Source: a bacterium
GTDB taxonomy: Bacteria; Chlamydiota; Chlamydiia; Chlamydiales; SM23-39
DNA: 64,000 bases
Direction: 5' to 3'
Assembly (NCBI GenBank): GCA_021811265.1
Contig: JAJZPH010000001.1
Location: forward strand, 16,779-80,778
The position numbers and the translations under genes are program-made. Within the stretch, counting starts at the first letter, position 1, and every line of letters starts with the position of its first letter. Below, piece by piece: positions 25,236-34,007 of this stretch. The notes below the pieces were generated by a model. That model had not been told where the DNA came from. It did no database searches and saw only the letters and a list, made by a program, of their open reading frames with translations.

Positions 25236-26105
25236 ATGAGCTATAGGGTCTTTTTCTTCCTTGGAATATTTTTTACAAAAATCTTTGCTTCAGAATCTTT
25301 TATCATTCAAGAATTAGATTCCGGAAAAATAATTGAGCAAAAAGGGGATCTTTCTTCGCAAGTAAGTCCCTGTTCTACTTTTAAAATTGCTTTGAGTCTG
25401 ATGGGATTTGATTCTGGCATTTTGCAAAACGAAAACCTTCCTGTTTGGACGTATGAGGAGATCTTTTCTGCTTCTATTGGCCAGCAGCCGAATGCTTATG
25501 AGAAAGATTATCCATTGTTGCTGAAGAGTCAATTAGGTGGTCTTCCAGATAAAGAGAGAGAGAAAACAGTCGTTTTCCTTACGAGTCTTCACAAAAAATC
25601 TCATGATCCAAAAAGTTGGATACGAAATTCTTGTGCTTGGTATTCGCAAGCTGTAACCACGCAGATTGGATGGGAACAATTTCGTCATTATGTGCAAATG
25701 TTTCATTATGGAAATGAAGATATCTCGGGAGATGAAGGAAAAAATAATGGCCTTACCAACAGCTGGCTTTCTTCTTCTTTAGGAATTTCTCCTTTGGAAC
25801 AAATAGCATTTTTACAGAGCATCTTAACAAAAAAATTTCCTCTTTCTTCTCATGCATATGAGGAGACAAAGAAGATTTTTTTCCTAGAAACGCTTCCTAA
25901 TGGGTGGGGGCTTAATGGTAAAACAGGAACGGGCATTTCGCCTTCTGGCTATTCGATAGGATGGTTTGTGGGATGGATAACAAAAGAAGAAAAAACATTA
26001 TTGATCGCCTTTTTGATACAAAACGAAAAAAATGAAGATTTGCCATTAGGCCAACGAGCGAAAAATCGGGTAAAAGATCTGGTCTCTGGAGAGATCTTTC
26101 ATTAG
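25236..26105 (+). CDS. class D (OXA-type) beta-lactamase-like / BlaR-sensor-like penicillin-binding protein
   Basis: STFK, YGNEDISG, WL...ISPLEQ, KTGTG and GWFVGW motifs, with a signal peptide MSYRVFFFLGIFFTKIFA. I prefer the ATG at 25236 because the longer TTG start crosses the terminator hairpin. Confidence 0.8.
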   Translation: MSYRVFFFLGIFFTKIFASESFIIQELDSGKIIEQKGDLSSQVSPCSTFKIALSLMGFDSGILQNENLPVWTYEEIFSASIGQQPNAYEKDYPLLLKSQLGGLPDKEREKTVVFLTSLHKKSHDPKSWIRNSCAWYSQAVTTQIGWEQFRHYVQMFHYGNEDISGDEGKNNGLTNSWLSSSLGISPLEQIAFLQSILTKKFPLSSHAYEETKKIFFLETLPNGWGLNGKTGTGISPSGYSIGWFVGWITKEEKTLLIAFLIQNEKNEDLPLGQRAKNRVKDLVSGEIFH

Positions 26106-26402
26106 AGGCCCACGATCTTTTCAATCAAAAGCTCGAGGTGGAATAAGTTGTTTAGGAATGAAAAAGAAGATTTCAAAATTTGAAGATCATGCTTATCATC
26201 CGCTGGATTCATCGAAAGAGCAAAATTTAGTTTAGAAGGACCAAGCTTTTGAAGAAGCAGATCAGATTCTCAAGATCTATCCAAAAAGCGCAGATGGCCC
26301 AACTTTTATAACTTTTTTTATGCAAGCCGAGGCAGTGTCTTTCATGGGGACTCCGAAAAATATCTCATTGCTTTAGCATAGCGAGCAAGAAAGTGGACCA
26401 TA

Positions 26403-26424
26403 TATACACAAAGAACTTGGAAAA
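26403..26424. repeat. family-A element, solitary left arm
   Basis: tatacacaaagaacttggaaaa matches the first 22 nt of the family-A arm. No partner arm lies nearby. Confidence 0.6.
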
Positions 26425-26459
26425 AGAGAGAAGAAAAAATTTTAAATGTAACTAGAAAA

Positions 26460-26498
26460 TCTCTGAATACTCCCTCTCAATGGAGAGGTATTCAGAGA
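26460..26498 (-). terminator. hairpin terminator downstream of the small secreted-protein gene
   Basis: tctctgaatac...gtattcagaga (11-bp stem plus an inner ctctc/gagag), 16 nt after the stop at 26514 and followed on the minus strand by a T-rich run. Confidence 0.55.
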
Positions 26499-26513
26499 TT
26501 TGGGTAGGATACT

Positions 26514-26777
26514 TTATTTCTTTTGTGCTTTTGTAGAGGTGCATCCGCAATTTTTTGAGGTGTCTGCTTTTTTTTCTGTAGCTACCGGGGCTGTAGTCGA
26601 AACTTCTGTTTTTTCTGCAACGGAAACTACTTCTTCTTTAACTTGTTTTTTTACAGCACTTTCTTCTGAAACTGCTGTTGTTTTTTCTTGTACTGGCGCA
26701 GCTTCTGTAGCTTGTAGTTGGTAAGCGCCTAAAGATAGAAGAGCACTAGCGAAAAGAATAAAATTTAATTTTTTCAT
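26514..26777 (-). CDS. small secreted protein (hypothetical)
   Basis: Signal peptide MKKLNFILFASALLSLGAYQLQA, a low-complexity E/K/T/V-rich body, and a C-terminal CGC. AAGGAAAGG RBS. Confidence 0.6.
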   Translation of the reverse strand: MKKLNFILFASALLSLGAYQLQATEAAPVQEKTTAVSEESAVKKQVKEEVVSVAEKTEVSTTAPVATEKKADTSKNCGCTSTKAQKK

Positions 26778-26905
26778 ATTTAACCTTTCCTTGTTTGAAA
26801 TGATTAATTGTTTTTTTCAATCATAGAATGATTTACGTTACGTTTTTGATACTACGATGGCTGAGAGATTTATTGCAAGCGCAAAGGGAAGAGAGTCATT
26901 CCAGG

Positions 26906-26977
26906 TACACACAAAGAACTTGGAAAATCGGTTTCTGAAGCACGCCAAAAACCGATTTTCCAAGTTCTTTGTGTATA
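26906..26977. repeat. family-A palindromic element, 72-bp copy
   Basis: tacacacaaagaacttggaaaatcggttt-ctgaagcacgccaa-aaaccgattttccaagttctttgtgtata. Confidence 0.85.
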
Positions 26978-27043
26978 AGCCTTTTCACCACTACTGGAGA
27001 ATTTTTTTCGATGATTTGTTCTTTACCTCAAGTTCATCTTTAT

Positions 27044-27215
27044 TAACGCGAGTTTTGGATAAGGCTCTCATGAAAAAGGGCTATCTTTCAGCGATTTAAC
27101 AGCCAAAATTGGGAAAATAGAGGTCGAAGGCGCCCTCATGTTCTCAATTTTGGCTGTTAAATCATCTGAAATATCTGCCTTTTTCATAGAGCGGCATATC
27201 CAAAACTCGCGTTTA
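27044..27215. repeat. family-E palindromic element (~170-bp long hairpin)
   Basis: Terminal inverted repeats taacgcgagttttggata / tatccaaaactcgcgtt, a middle pair ctcatgaaaaagggc / gcctttttcatagag, and an inner perfect 16-bp pair ttaacagccaaaattg / caattttggctgttaa. Confidence 0.75.
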
Positions 27216-27341
27216 TTAGAGAGATATTCTCATTGGAGATCTATAGGGAAAAAGCATCAATCTTCTTGAAAAAGCAGATAGCAGAATAGCTTGAGAGATG
27301 GTAAAATACACTCTTGCTGGCAATTGAAAAGGGCGAGGTCA

Positions 27342-27803
27342 ATGCGACCCTTCCACTTTAAGAAAAAGAGCTTTCGATTCTTGAGTTTTTTTTTGAGATT
27401 TCAGGCAAAACCCCGAAGGAAATCTTGCAAACGCTATGAGGGAGAGCAGTACAATCTTCAAGAGATCTACGAAGCGTTAAATCGCCAATATTTTGGAAAC
27501 AAACTTTGTCTTGGTATTACCTGGTTTGGCAACAAATGTCCACCTGCGAGTAGGTGTGTGGTTTTTGGCGCCTATCATGAGCGGTTGCGTCTGATCAAAA
27601 TTCATCGTAGGCTCGACCGAAAAGAGATTCCTTTGCATTTTGTTTCATTCATTGTCTATCACGAAATGTTGCACCACGTGCTGCCTCCTATTTCTGGGAG
27701 GGGCAATCGAAGATCGGTGCATCACCATGCTTTTCGCGAGAGGGAAAAAGAGTTTTTCCACTATGCATTGGCCCAAGAGTTTCGAGGAAAGTTTCGGGTC
27801 TAA
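27342..27803 (+). CDS. SprT-like / DUF45-type zinc metalloprotease domain protein
   Basis: HEMLHH (HExxH) after a YFGNKL...ITW N-terminal pattern. Start uncertain (ATG 27342 or TTG 27291). Confidence 0.55.
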   Translation: MRPFHFKKKSFRFLSFFLRFQAKPRRKSCKRYEGEQYNLQEIYEALNRQYFGNKLCLGITWFGNKCPPASRCVVFGAYHERLRLIKIHRRLDRKEIPLHFVSFIVYHEMLHHVLPPISGRGNRRSVHHHAFREREKEFFHYALAQEFRGKFRV

Positions 27804-27825
27804 TTACCGGAAGTTCTTTTTGGGA

Positions 27826-29271
27826 TTATATGATGAAGTTGATAAAACCCTTTGCAATGTCAACGCTTTCGAGCACAATTTGCACGCGATCTCCCACGTC
27901 GACCCCTTCGTATCCCTGGACGACTCTTCCCTCTACAGGGGGAGAAGAGATGCGCGCCCATGTGCCTTTATTGGAAGACCCGGTGATTATGGCATCAAAT
28001 TTTTTTCCGATGGATGAGGCGAGATAGAGTGCTGCTGCGGACTTGTTGAGATGCCTTTCTACTTTTAAAGCAGCCTCTTCCTTCTGTGTGCAATGGCGTG
28101 CGAGGAAGTTAAGTTCGTCCAAAGAGTAGGGATTTGCCTTTCCCAAAATGAGAGCTTTGCATTGACGGATAGACATAAGATCTGCAAACCGGCGATTGGG
28201 AGCTGTGGAATGAGTGTATTCAGAAATACCTAGGTTAAAATGGCCCAAGGGAGGGGCATTGGGCATTTCTACCACATATTCTCCTCTTCCCAAAAGCTTG
28301 ATCATAATAAGAGAAAGATCTTGGAAGCTTTCGAAATCTTTTGTTTTTCTCAATAGCAAGAAGTCGTCCAGAGCTTTGGGATCGGGGTTTTGAGGAAGAA
28401 GAGTCCCGAAAGAGCGCGCAATGGCCACAATGCGTTCCCATCGTTTAGGAGTGCGTACGACTCTGCGCAAACTGGGGGTGTTGGCTTTTCTCAGCTGGCG
28501 GGCGATAGCAATATTGGCAGCAATCATGAAAGATTCTATCAGTTGATGTGCATAATTATGGGGGGGAGGCTCAAAATAGATGTGCAAATCTTCTGTGAAT
28601 CTAGCCTCGATTTCAATGGGGTGGAGGGTCAAAGAGCCCAGAAGATGGCGTTTTTGCTGCATAAGTTGTGCTGTTTCATGCTGGAATAAAAGTGCTTTTT
28701 CCAAACCTGCAATTTTTCCTACTTTTTCAGGTAGGAGAGCTCTTCCTGCAAGCCATTCACCTAAATGGTGGTAGGTGAGCTTAGCATAATTTTTCACCAT
28801 TGCTTGAAAAATCGAAACGTTTTGCATTTGCAAAGAGGAGTCGATCTGGATTTTGACACAGATTGCCAGACGATCCTCTTGTTCGTTCAAAGAAGTCCAG
28901 TCGAAGGAGAGTTTTTCGGGGAGAAGGGGAAAGATTTTTGCAGGTGTGTATACAGAGGTAGAGTTGATTTGTGCATGGGTGTCGATAGGAGTGTTTTTAC
29001 CAATAAGAGCCTCCGCATCGGCCACTGCGATCCAGAGCGTTCTCGTGCCATCACTGTTTTTTTGCGCATAGGTGAGTTGATCTAGATCGCGAGAGTTACT
29101 GTTGTCGATGGAAGAGAAGAGAAGCGAGCGTAAATCTTCACAAGGAGCACCGAGGGGCTTTGCTGGAGAATGAATAGATTGGAGCTGCTCGATGGCCTCC
29201 TTTGAAAATTCTGTCTCTAATCCCTTTTGCTTCATGACCTGATCTGCCAAAGCACCCAAATCAACTTTCAT
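27826..29271 (-). CDS. RNase II/R-family 3'-5' exoribonuclease, short form (RNB + S1-like, no N-terminal cold-shock domains)
   Basis: RNB motif I is SIDNSNSRDLDQ. Later RNB motifs include HFNLGISEYTHSTAPNRRFADL. The C-terminal S1-like region reads FDAIITGSSNKGTWARI. Confidence 0.85.
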   Translation of the reverse strand: MKVDLGALADQVMKQKGLETEFSKEAIEQLQSIHSPAKPLGAPCEDLRSLLFSSIDNSNSRDLDQLTYAQKNSDGTRTLWIAVADAEALIGKNTPIDTHAQINSTSVYTPAKIFPLLPEKLSFDWTSLNEQEDRLAICVKIQIDSSLQMQNVSIFQAMVKNYAKLTYHHLGEWLAGRALLPEKVGKIAGLEKALLFQHETAQLMQQKRHLLGSLTLHPIEIEARFTEDLHIYFEPPPHNYAHQLIESFMIAANIAIARQLRKANTPSLRRVVRTPKRWERIVAIARSFGTLLPQNPDPKALDDFLLLRKTKDFESFQDLSLIMIKLLGRGEYVVEMPNAPPLGHFNLGISEYTHSTAPNRRFADLMSIRQCKALILGKANPYSLDELNFLARHCTQKEEAALKVERHLNKSAAALYLASSIGKKFDAIITGSSNKGTWARISSPPVEGRVVQGYEGVDVGDRVQIVLESVDIAKGFINFII

Positions 29272-29338
29272 CTTTTCTTTCTCTCAAGCTCTTTTTTCTA
29301 AAAATACCAAACGTAGAAATCTTGTATATTTTTTTCTT

Positions 29339-29361
29339 TATACCCAAGTTCTTTGGGTATA
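29339..29361. repeat. short palindrome related to the family-A arm end
   Basis: tataccc-aagttcttt-gggtata; ccaagttctttgggtata differs by 1 nt from the family-A right-arm end ccaagttctttgtgtata. Confidence 0.4.
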
Positions 29362-29420
29362 GATTTTTTTTCTCTTTTTCTGTAATTTTTTAAGAGAAAA
29401 GTTTTTTTGAGGGAAACCAA

Positions 29421-29981
29421 ATGAAAAAAAGTTTTTTGAGCTTATTACTTACTGCAATCACAGCTACTCTTCAGCTGACAGCCATGGAGGCAAACGTGGA
29501 GAAAAATGCATCGATCATATGCTTGGAAACGACAAAAGGAAACATCGAAATCCAACTCTTTCCTGATGTGGCGCCAAAAGCGTGTGAGAATTTTACTTCT
29601 TTAGTGGGCAAGCACTATTACGATGGAGTGATCTTTCATCGTGTCATAAAGAACTTTATGATTCAAACGGGTGATCCCACAGGCACTGGAAGGGGAGGAA
29701 AGTCTATTTGGAATACTCCTTTCCAAGACGAGGTTCGCGCAGATGTTACTTTTGATCGACCGGGGATAGTTGCCATGGCCAATGCAGGTCCCAATACCAA
29801 CGGGAGTCAATTTTTCATTACAACCGCAAAAACACCCTGGCTAAACATGCACCATACGATTTTTGGCAAAGTGGTTTCTGGATATGATGTTGTGGAGAAA
29901 ATCGAACGGGTAAAAACCGACCCTAGCGACAAACCAGAAGAAGAGCAAAAGATCATCAAAGCTTATCTGAAGTCGCAATGA
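29421..29981 (+). CDS. ppiB: cyclophilin-type peptidyl-prolyl cis-trans isomerase, secreted
   Basis: YYDGVIFHRVIKNFMIQTGDP...GIVAMANAGPNTNGSQFFI, with a signal peptide. Confidence 0.9.
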   Translation: MKKSFLSLLLTAITATLQLTAMEANVEKNASIICLETTKGNIEIQLFPDVAPKACENFTSLVGKHYYDGVIFHRVIKNFMIQTGDPTGTGRGGKSIWNTPFQDEVRADVTFDRPGIVAMANAGPNTNGSQFFITTAKTPWLNMHHTIFGKVVSGYDVVEKIERVKTDPSDKPEEEQKIIKAYLKSQ

Positions 29982-30007
29982 TCGGGTGTTATACACGGGA
30001 CGCGTTC

Positions 30008-30060
30008 TTAGGAACTGTTCAAGAATAAAATGAAACATTTTATCTTGGACTGTTCCTTAA
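30008..30060. terminator. bidirectional hairpin between convergent ppiB and typA (family-F motif)
   Basis: ttaggaactgttcaaga ... tcttggactgttccttaa gives a ~15-bp stem with one mismatch and one G-T pair. The right arm overlaps the last typA codons. Confidence 0.5.
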
Positions 30061-31866
30061 AGCACGTTTGCGATCATTTTCATTTAAAAATCGCTTGCGT
30101 AGGCGGATGTTTTTTGGGGTAATTTCTACGAGCTCATCTTCTTCGATATAGTCGATGGCTTCCTCTAACGTAAACTTGCGCGGAGGAGTGAGAAGAATAT
30201 TTTCATCTTTGCCTGCGGCGCGTACGTTAGTGAGGTGTTTGGCCTTTGTCACGTTGACGACAAGATCGTTTTCACGGCTATTTTCTCCTACAACCATTCC
30301 CTCATACACCTCGTCACCAGGTTGTACAAAAAGGGTAGCTCTCTCTTGCAGACTAAAACAGGCGTAACCGTTGGTAATGCCTGCGCAAAGAGAGATCAAC
30401 ACTCCATGCTTTCTTTTGGCAATATCTCCTCTCCAGGGAAGATATTCTTTGAAGACAGAGGTCATGATGACAAGGCCCTTGGTTAGGGTCAGCAATTCAT
30501 TTTTGCACCCGATCAATCCTCGCGTGGGAACCAAAAAATCCATGCGTACAATCCCGTGGAGATCGGTCTCTAGCGTTTGCATTTCAGCGCGTCTGCTTCC
30601 CATTTCCTGAATCACCGCTCCCGAAAACTCTTTTGGTACCTCGACGTGGGCCATTTCGATGGGTTCTAATATCTTGTCGTCTTCTTTTTTTATAATTACT
30701 TCTGGTTTGGATACGATCAATTCAAACCCCTCTCTTCGCATGGCCTCAATTAAGACGGCAAGATGGAGCTCTCCGCGTCCTGAAACGGTTATTTTATCGG
30801 TGGTGTTGTCAGGGATTTCGATGAGAAGCGTGACGTTGGATCGTTTTTCTCGAAGAAGTCTGTCCCGGATTTTGTTCATCGTCAGATGTTTTCCATCTTT
30901 TCCTGAAAAAGGACCCGAGTTGACCATGAAGTCGATCGAAAGGGTAGGTTCATCAACAGCAATAAGGGGCAGAATGATTTTATTATCCAAAGCGCACAGT
31001 GTGTCGCCCAGCATCACATCTTCCATCCCCGAAATGGTGACAATATCTCCAACGCCTGCTTGCTGCATTTCGACCTTTTTCAATCCCAGGCGCCCCTCGA
31101 TTCTTTGCACGCGAAAGGAAATGGCCTCTTTTTTTTCACGAATGCAGTTGAGCATCATGCCTTTTTGTACAACGCCTGCGAGAATTCTTCCACACGCTTG
31201 TCTTCCCACATACTCGTCATATTCAATGGTCGCAGCTTGCATGAGAAAGGGGGCGGCGGGATCTCCCTCTGGTGCGGGAACGGCCTGTAGAATGAGATCA
31301 AAAAGAGGGTCCATGTTGACTTTTTCATCATCCAAATGCATGACCGCATATCCCTTGAGGCCTGATGCATAAATATAGGAAAAGTCCAGTTGTTCATCAT
31401 TTGCGCCAAGTTCAGAAAATAGATCAAAAGTTAAATTCAAGGCATGTTCGGGATTGGCATAGGGGCGGTCGATCTTGTTGAGAATGACAATGGGTTTTAA
31501 GCCCATTTGGAGCGACTTCATCAAGACAAAACGCGTTTGTGGCATAGGCCCTTCTTTTGCGTCGACGAGAAGAAGAACGGAATTCACGAGACCCAAAGAA
31601 CGTTCGACTTCTCCTGAAAAATCCGCGTGGCCGGGGGTATCAATGATGTTAATTTTATAATCTTTATAAAAAATTGAAGTGTGTTTGGCAAAGATGGTGA
31701 TTCCTCTTTCTCGTTCCTGATCGTAGCTGTCCATCACTCTTTCAGGAACAATCTCGTGCTCTTGGAAGGTTTTTGATTGCTTTAGGAGGCCATCGAGTAG
31801 CGTAGTTTTGCCATGGTCGATATGGGCAATAATGGCAATATTGCGAATTTTTTCAGCAGGAAACAT
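30040..31866 (-). CDS. typA: translational GTPase TypA/BipA
   Basis: [31 protein letters not shown] prefer the ATG at 31866. Confidence 0.95.
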   Translation of the reverse strand: MFPAEKIRNIAIIAHIDHGKTTLLDGLLKQSKTFQEHEIVPERVMDSYDQERERGITIFAKHTSIFYKDYKINIIDTPGHADFSGEVERSLGLVNSVLLLVDAKEGPMPQTRFVLMKSLQMGLKPIVILNKIDRPYANPEHALNLTFDLFSELGANDEQLDFSYIYASGLKGYAVMHLDDEKVNMDPLFDLILQAVPAPEGDPAAPFLMQAATIEYDEYVGRQACGRILAGVVQKGMMLNCIREKKEAISFRVQRIEGRLGLKKVEMQQAGVGDIVTISGMEDVMLGDTLCALDNKIILPLIAVDEPTLSIDFMVNSGPFSGKDGKHLTMNKIRDRLLREKRSNVTLLIEIPDNTTDKITVSGRGELHLAVLIEAMRREGFELIVSKPEVIIKKEDDKILEPIEMAHVEVPKEFSGAVIQEMGSRRAEMQTLETDLHGIVRMDFLVPTRGLIGCKNELLTLTKGLVIMTSVFKEYLPWRGDIAKRKHGVLISLCAGITNGYACFSLQERATLFVQPGDEVYEGMVVGENSRENDLVVNVTKAKHLTNVRAAGKDENILLTPPRKFTLEEAIDYIEEDELVEITPKNIRLRKRFLNENDRKRALRNSPR

Positions 31867-32119
31867 GTATGGATGCTCATAAGTAGATTCTTGCAAAGAG
31901 CATATCAAAAACTAGCTTTGTTTTACTAGGAATTTCTGTGCAAAATTCCAACTTCATCGGAGTTTTGCAGCTTCCTCAAACCCCTTAATTTTTGAAGTTC
32001 TCAATGTTCAATCGGCTGATAGCCAATTATTAACAAGGATCTTGACCTTCAACAGTTTTATTTACCCTTTTCTGCCGCTACTTCTTTGATACTTTGCATA
32101 GCTGTCACACGAGAAGCGC

Positions 32120-32461
32120 TTAAAATACTAATCCTTTGAGACTTTGCAGGGCTCCCTCACGAGAAGTGCTTACAACTGGTGTATAGATAGTATCTTTGGG
32201 ACAAAATATAACGGTGAGTTGAACACCTATCTTTACAACAGTCTCATGTATAGCAACAGCAGTCTCATGTATAACAAAATCTTGGTCATCAAACCTTTGT
32301 ACAAATAGTCGGGAACCTTTTTCTAAGAATCTTTTGGAAAATTCAGCAATTTTTTTTGCAGTCTCATCAACTAAATGCCCTTTATCAAAAAGAGGCCTTC
32401 CAATCTCTCTAATTAGGGAATCTTTATCCATAGATGCAGAGATTTTTATTGGCATAATCAC
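32120..32461 (-). CDS. hypothetical protein
   Basis: 113-aa ORF with no motif I recognise. Its 3' end is imperfectly duplicated just downstream. Confidence 0.4.
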   Translation of the reverse strand: MIMPIKISASMDKDSLIREIGRPLFDKGHLVDETAKKIAEFSKRFLEKGSRLFVQRFDDQDFVIHETAVAIHETVVKIGVQLTVIFCPKDTIYTPVVSTSREGALQSLKGLVF

Positions 32462-32571
32462 CTACCTTTAAAAGTTTTAATTGCACTCATAAAGCTCTTG
32501 TTCGATCTAACATTATAAGTAACGACTGGTTGATAAAGCAAGAATTTTTCTTGTGCTTGGCATGAGTAAAA

Positions 32572-32643
32572 CCTAAGGAACTGTCCAAGAAATGAGGGAA
32601 TGTGTACAGAGATGAAAGGAATCTTCTTGGACGGCTCCTAAGG
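32572..32643. repeat. family-F hairpin copy
   Basis: cctaaggaactgtccaagaa ... ttcttggacggctcctaagg shares the AGGAACTGTYCAAGA core with 30008-30060. Confidence 0.4.
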
Positions 32644-32744
32644 CAAGAAAAACTGTATGAAGCAAAAGTTTCACGTACGGATCTATAGGAGCCCAGAGGG
32701 GAGGCTTCTCTGGACGACCCGATCGGCGCTATGTATGGGAAAAA

Positions 32745-33842
32745 TTAAAACTCAAAAGCAAGTCCTGCGGAAAGACCACTCAAAATCAAATCTTGCGATG
32801 TAAGATAATTGGTAAGGTTAGCTCTTAGCGGAGTGAGTGCTTCGATATGCCACCAGTAGTTTGTTTCCCAGGCAGCATAGAGGGCAATTGCTTTTTTGCA
32901 ATGGTCAAACCACCACTTCATATCTGCCCCGATCAGCGCTTGCAAGTTTGTCTTAAGAGCATGTGATCGATCGCGTGTCTCTACAAATACGGGAGCTAGA
33001 GTGCCGAGATAATCTAGATTGATTTTTGTATGGAGGTTTCCAAATAAAAGAGAGGCGGATAGCCCTCCAAAAAAACTTAGGCCCGTTTTTCCAAAATGAC
33101 AGGCAACGTCCATTCCCAAACGAGGACCATAGCCACTCCAATCGATGGCTTGACGATAGGTTCCGTTGAAGAGTCCAGTAGGAATGGGGCTTCCAGTAAA
33201 CCTGTTCCTCTGGTTTTGTTCGATCCAGGCGCCACGCACACTGAAATAGGGCTTTAAACTAAGATTTTTTAGTAGCTGAAAACAGCTGGAAAACTGCAGA
33301 TCGCCCACATTGTAGTTAATCCTCGATACAGAATGTGCATGTGTGCCTGCAAGTACGATATTTCCTGCCAAACCATTGTCTGCACGATACGTTGATACAG
33401 ATCGATTGTGATAATAGGTCCAAATTCCAGAAATGTTCCAATGAAAAGCTGTCGAATATCCAAGTTCTACGCGCGCTCCTGGTTTCCATTCCGCTTTTCC
33501 TCGCAGAGTTTTTACTCCTGTTGTCTGTGCATCGAGGTTTCCGGGTGCGATGAGGGCCTGTCCACTATCGAGTGTATATGCATATACCCATCGATCTCCT
33601 TCTGCTCTCCAGTAAAGAAACTCCACATTTGTAAATCCATTGATCGCATTTTTTGCAACCACCAGCTTTTTTGCATCGATCTGGTTTTCGGAAGAAATAG
33701 TTTCGCCAGGCTGAATGGCTTCTGTTGCGCCTTGTTTTTCCTTTGCTGTAAAAGAAATCATCTCTCTCTTGTTTTCGGAAGAATAAAGAGCGGCAGATAG
33801 CAACATCGCTATTGCTGGAAAAAATAAAGCACAAGATCGCAT
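32745..33842 (-). CDS. outer-membrane beta-barrel protein (MOMP/porin-like)
   Basis: Signal peptide, alternating beta-strand pattern, aromatic-rich, C-terminal ...GLAFEF (terminal Phe). AGAGGGG RBS. Confidence 0.6.
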   Translation of the reverse strand: MRSCALFFPAIAMLLSAALYSSENKREMISFTAKEKQGATEAIQPGETISSENQIDAKKLVVAKNAINGFTNVEFLYWRAEGDRWVYAYTLDSGQALIAPGNLDAQTTGVKTLRGKAEWKPGARVELGYSTAFHWNISGIWTYYHNRSVSTYRADNGLAGNIVLAGTHAHSVSRINYNVGDLQFSSCFQLLKNLSLKPYFSVRGAWIEQNQRNRFTGSPIPTGLFNGTYRQAIDWSGYGPRLGMDVACHFGKTGLSFFGGLSASLLFGNLHTKINLDYLGTLAPVFVETRDRSHALKTNLQALIGADMKWWFDHCKKAIALYAAWETNYWWHIEALTPLRANLTNYLTSQDLILSGLSAGLAFEF

Positions 33843-33923
33843 GATAGACCCCTCTTTTCGTTTGTCTATTATTTTTTACATATTCATTTCTTAATAGGCA
33901 AACATTTTCCAGAAAATGCTAGT

Positions 33924-33961
33924 TAACGCGAGTTTTGGATAAGGCACTCATGAAAAAGGGC
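33924..33961. repeat. family-E element, solitary left end
   Basis: taacgcgagttttggataaggcactcatgaaaaagggc matches 27044-27081 with 1 mismatch. Confidence 0.7.
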
Positions 33962-34007
33962 CCTTCAATTGAAGAGCCCCCGAGGTTGTCAAACAGATTT
34001 GCTTTTG

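Noticed and set aside
26106-26400. Fragments such as MKKKISKFEDHAYHPLDSSKEQNLV and ...ADQILKIYPKSADGPTFITFFMQAEAVSF, considered as a pseudogene (a TPR-like remnant).
   Set aside because: The fragments are short, lie in different frames and have no diagnostic motif. I cannot distinguish a decayed gene from random sequence without a database search.
9820-27215. Whether the repeated palindromes form a CRISPR array.
   Set aside because: The copies are kilobases apart and individually self-complementary. They are not separated by regular 30-40-bp spacers, and no cas genes are present.
30659-31372. 237-aa ORF antisense to typA (also 30155-30610 fragments).
   Set aside because: It is embedded in a highly conserved GTPase gene. 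The product is Ser/Arg-rich low-complexity sequence with no independent signals.
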